Source: Lepidodermella squamata
Lineage: Eukaryota; Animalia; Gastrotricha
Reading direction: 5' to 3'
NCBI GenBank assembly: GCA_047495785.1
Contig: JBLDXI010000007.1
Coordinates: 4,154,001 to 4,218,000, forward strand
DNA length: 64,000 nucleotides
In this document: one piece after another, positions 58,534 to 64,000 of the stretch
Layout of the letters: each line of letters begins with the position of its first letter
How positions within the stretch are numbered: the first letter of the stretch is position 1
Notes under the pieces: generated by a model
The model's database searches: none
What the model was told of the DNA's origin: nothing
What the model saw: the letters and a program-made list of their open reading frames with translations, nothing else
Program-made: the position numbers and the translations under genes

Positions 58534-59381
58534 TATGTAGTCAATCCAAAGCTATAGCATTATTTACTCTGTCATGCTCGAGTAATAAAACCGCAGTGAT
58601 CATTGGATGCCCTGGTTCTTTCGGTTGGATGCCATGCAAGGCAAGAATTTCAAAGACATGCTTATCAATGCATCCACCAATAGTGTGCCAGCCTAAGTTA
58701 CCAGCCTAAACTCACCTGTAAATACTGGCTTGCCGTGACCTCATTTTGGGACATTACTGACTGACAATTTTTGCAGATGTAGGACGTCTGTTAAAGACCA
58801 TCTGCATAAATTCTTTCAGAAATCGGACTTGACGTCTTTGAGCTATCAAAAGTAATATAAATACCTCAATGTTTGGCCAAATTGCCCCAAGTGCCCATTT
58901 CACCCCAACGACGGTAGTCAGCGCCAGAAATGGATTACGTGGTGTCGAATATCGATTAGTCACCTCTCATCTTCCCCACCTCCTCGAATTTACTTATAAG
59001 GAAGCATTTATCACACGCCGATCGTGCGATTTCTCTATGAGACGGGCAATTAATTATTAGGCTTAGGAAAGCCTCAGAATCTTACAAATGGAGTGTGTTC
59101 GAAGCTTCAATAATACCTATCGCTCGATCACGTTCTCGTGTTAATTATCTTTAGCGGAGATGATTACGTGGAGTTGCCAGCAATGACATTATTTCGCAGA
59201 TGTCGTGAAACCGAGAAAGCCAATTTCGATTAACATGGTAAACTTGAATAAAACAACTTTAGAACACGCTAAGCCGACATTGTTTTCAGTGGTCATGTTC
59301 CCGTAAACCGTTAGCTTCTAAATCGCTTCATTTATCATTAATTTACCACTCACATACTCTTTCTCAGATCTTCAATTTGAA

Positions 59382-61652
59382 ATGAAAGCTCAGAACTCAC
59401 TTGCAACTTTGTTCTTCATAAGTACGCATTGCTATGGCTTCAAGCAACACAACATTTCGATGCTCATAGTAGTTCCAAAGACAGGCGACGAGCCAAGGAA
59501 AGGCGAGGCATGCATGATCGCCTCAAGCGTAGTTTTAGACGAAATTAACCGAAGGCAAGATTTGTTGCCTGACCTCAACATCATACCGGTTTTCGAAGAC
59601 GAAGGCCCAAGTGGGCGACTCGCGGCCACTCAACTAGTCAAATATCGGCAACGGGATGAGTTGGCGTCGCCTATTTTCGCCGGCATGTGGTTCTCCAGCG
59701 GCTGCAAAGCTGCCTCAAGCACCGTGTCGCACCTCGACATGGTTCAGTCAGCATTCGGGTGTAACATCCCGGCCATGACTGCAAGGCGCGATTTGTACCC
59801 GAATATGTACCGGATGCGAGCTGGCGCCGACATGGTTCTCTATCCTCGGCTGAAGTTTATCCGAGAAGTCGGCCGCTGGAACAAATTTGGTATGATATCG
59901 GATGTTCTGAATGTTGCGTCTTTCTCTTTCGCCATTGCAATGTTGGTCGAAGGTCAGGCGCTTGGCTTCGAAATACCTTACTTTGACGTAGTCACCGAAA
60001 TAACAGATCAATCTGTCTCGGCGATGAAAAACGCTGATTTACGCATTGTAGACTCGTCAATGAATTCTGCTCCGTTGGTGCTACAGCTTTTGTGTAAAAT
60101 GTACGAATTTGGGATGACTGGGCCGAGGTACGCCTTCATCATGCAAATTACAGCTTATGTTGAGCCGTCTAGCCTACCGGAGAAGATAACGCCAACTTGC
60201 TCTCGATCAATGGCATTAGAGCAGTACAAAATCACATTTTGGATCGGCAGCACCACTCGCATTGTAAGCAACCCAATGATGAAGACGACACTCGGCTACA
60301 ACTCGGCTGAATTCGACGATCGCTTCGACAAGAAATGGGAGGCTATGGGTTATAACGCCAGTTTGAAACCTGCTGATTACGATAAAAGAACCGTTTGCCA
60401 TGATGGAGTGCTAGCAGCGGCTTTAGCTCTCGACGCGACAGTCAAAAAGCTTCGCCTTCTCAATATGTCAATCGAAGACTACAGAACGAAGCCCGGTGAT
60501 GTTATGAGAGTCGCCAACGATTCTATGGCGGCTCTTGATTTTGTTGGGCTGAGGTTCGGCAGGTTCAGATACTCAGCGAGACTAGAGCCTGATGATGACG
60601 TGTTCGTTGCTCTTCAATGGTTGGGTTTTAGTCAAGGCGTGGAAGTAGTCAGTTGGCTCCAGCGAGTTAACCCCGATGCGCCCCCTAACAACTATTCGAG
60701 CTATATCGTTGGGGAGAATTCTATCAAGCCAAACTGGCTTACTGCGGATCTCAAGCCTCCAAAAGATAGGAGAACAGAGCTTTTGGATATTTCAGCAATA
60801 CCAATCGGATTTTCTTGGTCTATTTTTGGCCTCGCAGTATCTACCGTGGTAGCACAAATGCTGTTTCTCCTGAGGACCAGACGGAAGGTTGATAGGACAA
60901 AACTGTTCGCGCTTCTTGGCTGCGTTCTATTGAGCTTGGCCTCGATTTTCTTGTCGTATCGGGCAGTATCACCCAGTGATATATTCGCTTACTATCTCCA
61001 GCGTTTTTTCGTGGCTGTCGCACTGAGTTTGATTCACGGAAGCGTCGGCTTTCACATAGCATACATTAGGCGAAAATCACAGAGCAAGATTCTGCTATCT
61101 AATAGCAGTCATAACGTACTAGTAGGAAAAGTCACAGTGCTGACATACGAATATAACAGAAATACTTTGGCTAGATACGAGGCCAAAATAATATCGCTGT
61201 ATGTTTTCTGCACGATTCTCTACCTAATCTCTTGGTTCGGCATTGACCCTGCGCATACCCGTTTACAAGTGCTTCGCACCTCCTATGACCTGGAGGCAGA
61301 TTCTATGACGTTGCATGAAGCGGTAACATTCGATTCCGCGAATGACTGGGTATGGATGATACCGTTGGTTGCCCTGAATGGGGGTTCATTCTTTGTAAGT
61401 TGCTGGTTCGCGTACGATATTCGCCGGATGAATTTCGAGAAGCATGTCCAGGCTCAGTTGACTTGCTATCGGTTAGTTATCACTAATTTGACGACACTGT
61501 TTCTCGGCTCGATTTTGCTGGTGTTTGTCCTGCTAAGATTTCCTGTGGAAAAGATGATCATGCTCTCAATCTTACCGCTGGTATCCTCCGTATCGTCTGT
61601 TATCATTTTGATTCGATCAACAGAAAAAGTAACTGCGCTGACAATCGAGTAA
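59382..61652 (+). CDS. Intronless divergent class C GPCR (GABA-B-like: Venus flytrap domain plus 7TM)
   Basis: Signal peptide; EINRRQDLLPD, GMWFSS, DLYPNMYR, MYEFGMTGPRYAFI, HDGVLAAALAL, PPKD directly before TM1 (no Cys-rich domain); WFGIDP; FAYDIR; seven hydrophobic segments. Confidence 0.9.
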   Translation: MKAQNSLATLFFISTHCYGFKQHNISMLIVVPKTGDEPRKGEACMIASSVVLDEINRRQDLLPDLNIIPVFEDEGPSGRLAATQLVKYRQRDELASPIFAGMWFSSGCKAASSTVSHLDMVQSAFGCNIPAMTARRDLYPNMYRMRAGADMVLYPRLKFIREVGRWNKFGMISDVLNVASFSFAIAMLVEGQALGFEIPYFDVVTEITDQSVSAMKNADLRIVDSSMNSAPLVLQLLCKMYEFGMTGPRYAFIMQITAYVEPSSLPEKITPTCSRSMALEQYKITFWIGSTTRIVSNPMMKTTLGYNSAEFDDRFDKKWEAMGYNASLKPADYDKRTVCHDGVLAAALALDATVKKLRLLNMSIEDYRTKPGDVMRVANDSMAALDFVGLRFGRFRYSARLEPDDDVFVALQWLGFSQGVEVVSWLQRVNPDAPPNNYSSYIVGENSIKPNWLTADLKPPKDRRTELLDISAIPIGFSWSIFGLAVSTVVAQMLFLLRTRRKVDRTKLFALLGCVLLSLASIFLSYRAVSPSDIFAYYLQRFFVAVALSLIHGSVGFHIAYIRRKSQSKILLSNSSHNVLVGKVTVLTYEYNRNTLARYEAKIISLYVFCTILYLISWFGIDPAHTRLQVLRTSYDLEADSMTLHEAVTFDSANDWVWMIPLVALNGGSFFVSCWFAYDIRRMNFEKHVQAQLTCYRLVITNLTTLFLGSILLVFVLLRFPVEKMIMLSILPLVSSVSSVIILIRSTEKVTALTIE

Positions 61653-61915
61653 AGGCGATTCAATGCCTGCTCATTTTTGAATTTTGATTCAATGGCTGTA
61701 GTACTTCTTCTCCTCACTGAAAAGACTTTTTTGATTTATGAAAGCAGAATCATACGCGTTCAATTTTTGACAATTCTAGTTCCTAGCATTATACTCCGAT
61801 GTCCCTTTTTTACCATTGTTTCATCATCACCAATAAGCGGAGGGACACTCCGCTTATTTCTTGTTGTCTCTTTCAGTCCCTCCGCTTATCAGCTGATAAC
61901 CGGAGGCACTAAAAG

Positions 61916-61952
61916 AGACAAACAAGACAAACAAGACAAACAAGACAAACAA
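61916..61952 (+). repeat. 9-bp tandem repeat (GACAAACAA) x4
   Basis: Read directly from the sequence. Confidence 0.9.
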
Positions 61953-61978
61953 TGATATATTTGGACGAAAATGCAATA

Positions 61979-62145
61979 CAGGGTGGCCAAAAAATTCCCC
62001 ATTATTTTGATGAGAAATTTCAAGAAATTGAGGAGTTCCATTGGCACAAGAATGCTTGAAATTCTTCAACTTTTCAAAACTATTCTTTAAATTGATGCGC
62101 ATCGAATTTGCCGAATTTTTTCTGCAGAATTTTTTGGGCACCCTG
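61979..62145. mobile_element. Tc1/mariner-type MITE
   Basis: TA|CAGGGTGGCCAAAAAATTC...GAATTTTTTGGGCACCCTG|TA. Confidence 0.85.
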
Positions 62146-62328
62146 TAGCTTTTTGTATTTTCGGTAAAACCAAAAACCCCCAATTTTATGGACCTCAATG
62201 GTACAAAATTAAGCTATGAAGAAGATGATAATACATTTTTATTTTTACAAGTAAAACATTTTCAAAATCAAAATAACTCTATTTTAGGTACATTATCATA
62301 TATTTTGCCCGCATTAAAAATAAGAAAA

Positions 62329-63911
62329 TCAATCCAAAGATAATTTCACATTAAAACCTTTTGCCAAAATGTCAATGCCGCAGCGAATTGAAATCTCGCA
62401 ATTATTCGAACTTTCCACCTGCTCCATGCGTTCAAATCGCGAAATTTTAACAGGCGTTTCATTTGAGCTCATGGAAGCGAAATCGGAGCTAGAAGCAACG
62501 TCGCCGGCGCTAGCAGCAACGACCGATCCAAGCGGCAGCGGCGGCGAGACGGCTGAACTAGCAACAACTGAACCGACCGGCAGCGGCGGCGGTGAGACAG
62601 CCGAACTAGCAACATTTTGATCGCCAATTCCAGCGATTATTGCACTGCGCTTGCGGTCTAACTCATGGGTACTCTTCAAGTACCTCCGAACAGATTCTGA
62701 GCCGTGACCAGTCAGCCGTTTGATCTCCGGCTCGGGCATACCAGCAGCCATGAGTTCAGTGGCGCCAGTGGCGCGAAGATCGTGGTTGCTATGTTTCGCA
62801 GAATCATCAACCTCCGAAACTAAACGACCCGTAACTTTTTCAAGTGTATGGATGCCAACGACCTGATTAGAAAACATCACCCCCTCCTTGGTCCTTTTCG
62901 CCAGCGGGCGACAATAGAACTCGTCATGCGTCAAATTTTTCGGCAGGGCTTCAAAATAATTTTTGATGAGAGCGTAGTAATTTTTCTTGCCTTCAATTTC
63001 GTACACAACTACAACGTTGTGCTTTGGATTCGGATTTTTAAGCGACGGCAAGTTAGTTTTAAGATAGGGCAGAGTCACCTCAACAAATTTGCCCGATTCA
63101 TTCTCACAAAATTTGAAATTCGAACGAAGCAAATTTTTGTGGCCAGCGCCACCGCGAAGAAATAAATTTTTACCATTAGCGATAACCAACGTATCAAAGA
63201 AAAGAGCCGGATCGGTGATGTTTTCATAGTTGTCAGCTACGACACCGCCCGCTACCATTTTTGCTTGCAGAGTTGGTTGAAGCGGTGTGGTTGAGCGCTT
63301 CACACTTGAATCCGGCGTCGAGCGTATGGCCGCGTCCAATGCTTTTCGAAAGCCGGCGAATGGGACACCTTTCGAGAAGTCGACGTCACTACGGCCAGTC
63401 TCTTTCAAAAACTTTTGGATCATTGAAACAACATTCATCAATGAGCTCCTCGCATATCGATCACCCTGGGCCTGCTCTTCGCCATTAGGGGCAGGGGGTG
63501 CAGGTTTGCGAAGCTCCATCACGAAGCTAGACATCTGCTTATTCAAAGCAGCAACATCCATTTCATGAAGCTCGGTCAGCGGAAATGTAAGATCTAATAA
63601 AAAAAATCATGAAAGCTAGGTAAAATTCCTAGTTTAAAAAAATTACTTTGCATGCCCTGATTTAAGGCCTGACGATTGTGTCCCCTACGCCAATTATAGA
63701 ACAACCCAACACCATAGAACATCTGCTTGGATGTGTTGGTAGGTAAACGGCCAGCCACCATGCCATCCAGCTCATCCGGAGTCAAAATTTTACATCGCGA
63801 GGCGCTGATTTCGGCATCCTCAGGGGTTGGCTCCGGAAAATTCAACGCCCGGCAAAAGCTTCGATAGGTTGAATATGCCGCATCAACAACGAGACCATCA
63901 CCCGGTTCCAT
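62329..63911 (-). CDS. Crypton-type (DUF3504-like) tyrosine recombinase (exons 63911-63647, 63593-62329)
   Basis: PTNTSKQ...LFYNW, LNKQMSSFVMELRK...GDRYARSSL, FLRGGAGHKNL, KTN, FYCRP, FSNQVVGIHTL, NHDLRATGAT, TGHGS, VRRY. Catalytic R, H-x-x-R, H and Y are all present. Confidence 0.88.
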
Positions 63912-64000
63912 TTTTTCAAACAAAATTCGGAATTTTGAAGCACGAATTAAAAAGCACGAATGCAAAATCAAAACAAACAAAAAACAATTTTGTCTTCCCA

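Noticed and set aside
1-64000. CRISPR arrays, rRNA/tRNA genes, bacterial operons
   Set aside because: None seen; spliceosomal introns and polyA signals show the DNA is eukaryotic.

Overview
Gene-dense animal (invertebrate-type) genomic DNA with many short GT-AG introns of about 50-60 bp, so the ORF track fragments most genes. I rebuilt the splicing by hand; no species call is possible from this window. Conventional genes: sigma-class GST, MARCH-type RING-CH E3 ligase, ankyrin proteins, a NEK-like kinase, a calcium-channel alpha2delta subunit and a GABA-B-like class C GPCR. They sit among lineage-specific secreted or surface genes with unusual domain fusions: SP-ankyrin-Sushi-CD36; L-type lectin modules fused to EGF, to VWA and to a complete Cys-loop ion channel; a signal-peptide-bearing class II nucleotidyltransferase; and a TM-anchored Smr nuclease. 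Mobile DNA: (i) an intact 5.5-kb P element (CATG termini, 8-bp TSD) inserted in a C-type lectin exon, whose spliced ORF reads hydrophobic membrane protein / 2A-like StopGo motif / transposase; (ii) a decayed FLYWCH-Mutator element bounded by two hairpins punctuated by tandem sheared-type GA/GA mismatches on the same strand and enclosing an ANK-SOCS gene; (iii) a Crypton-type tyrosine recombinase; (iv) several MITEs and RTE remnants. All domain calls are motif recognition by eye, not database searches.
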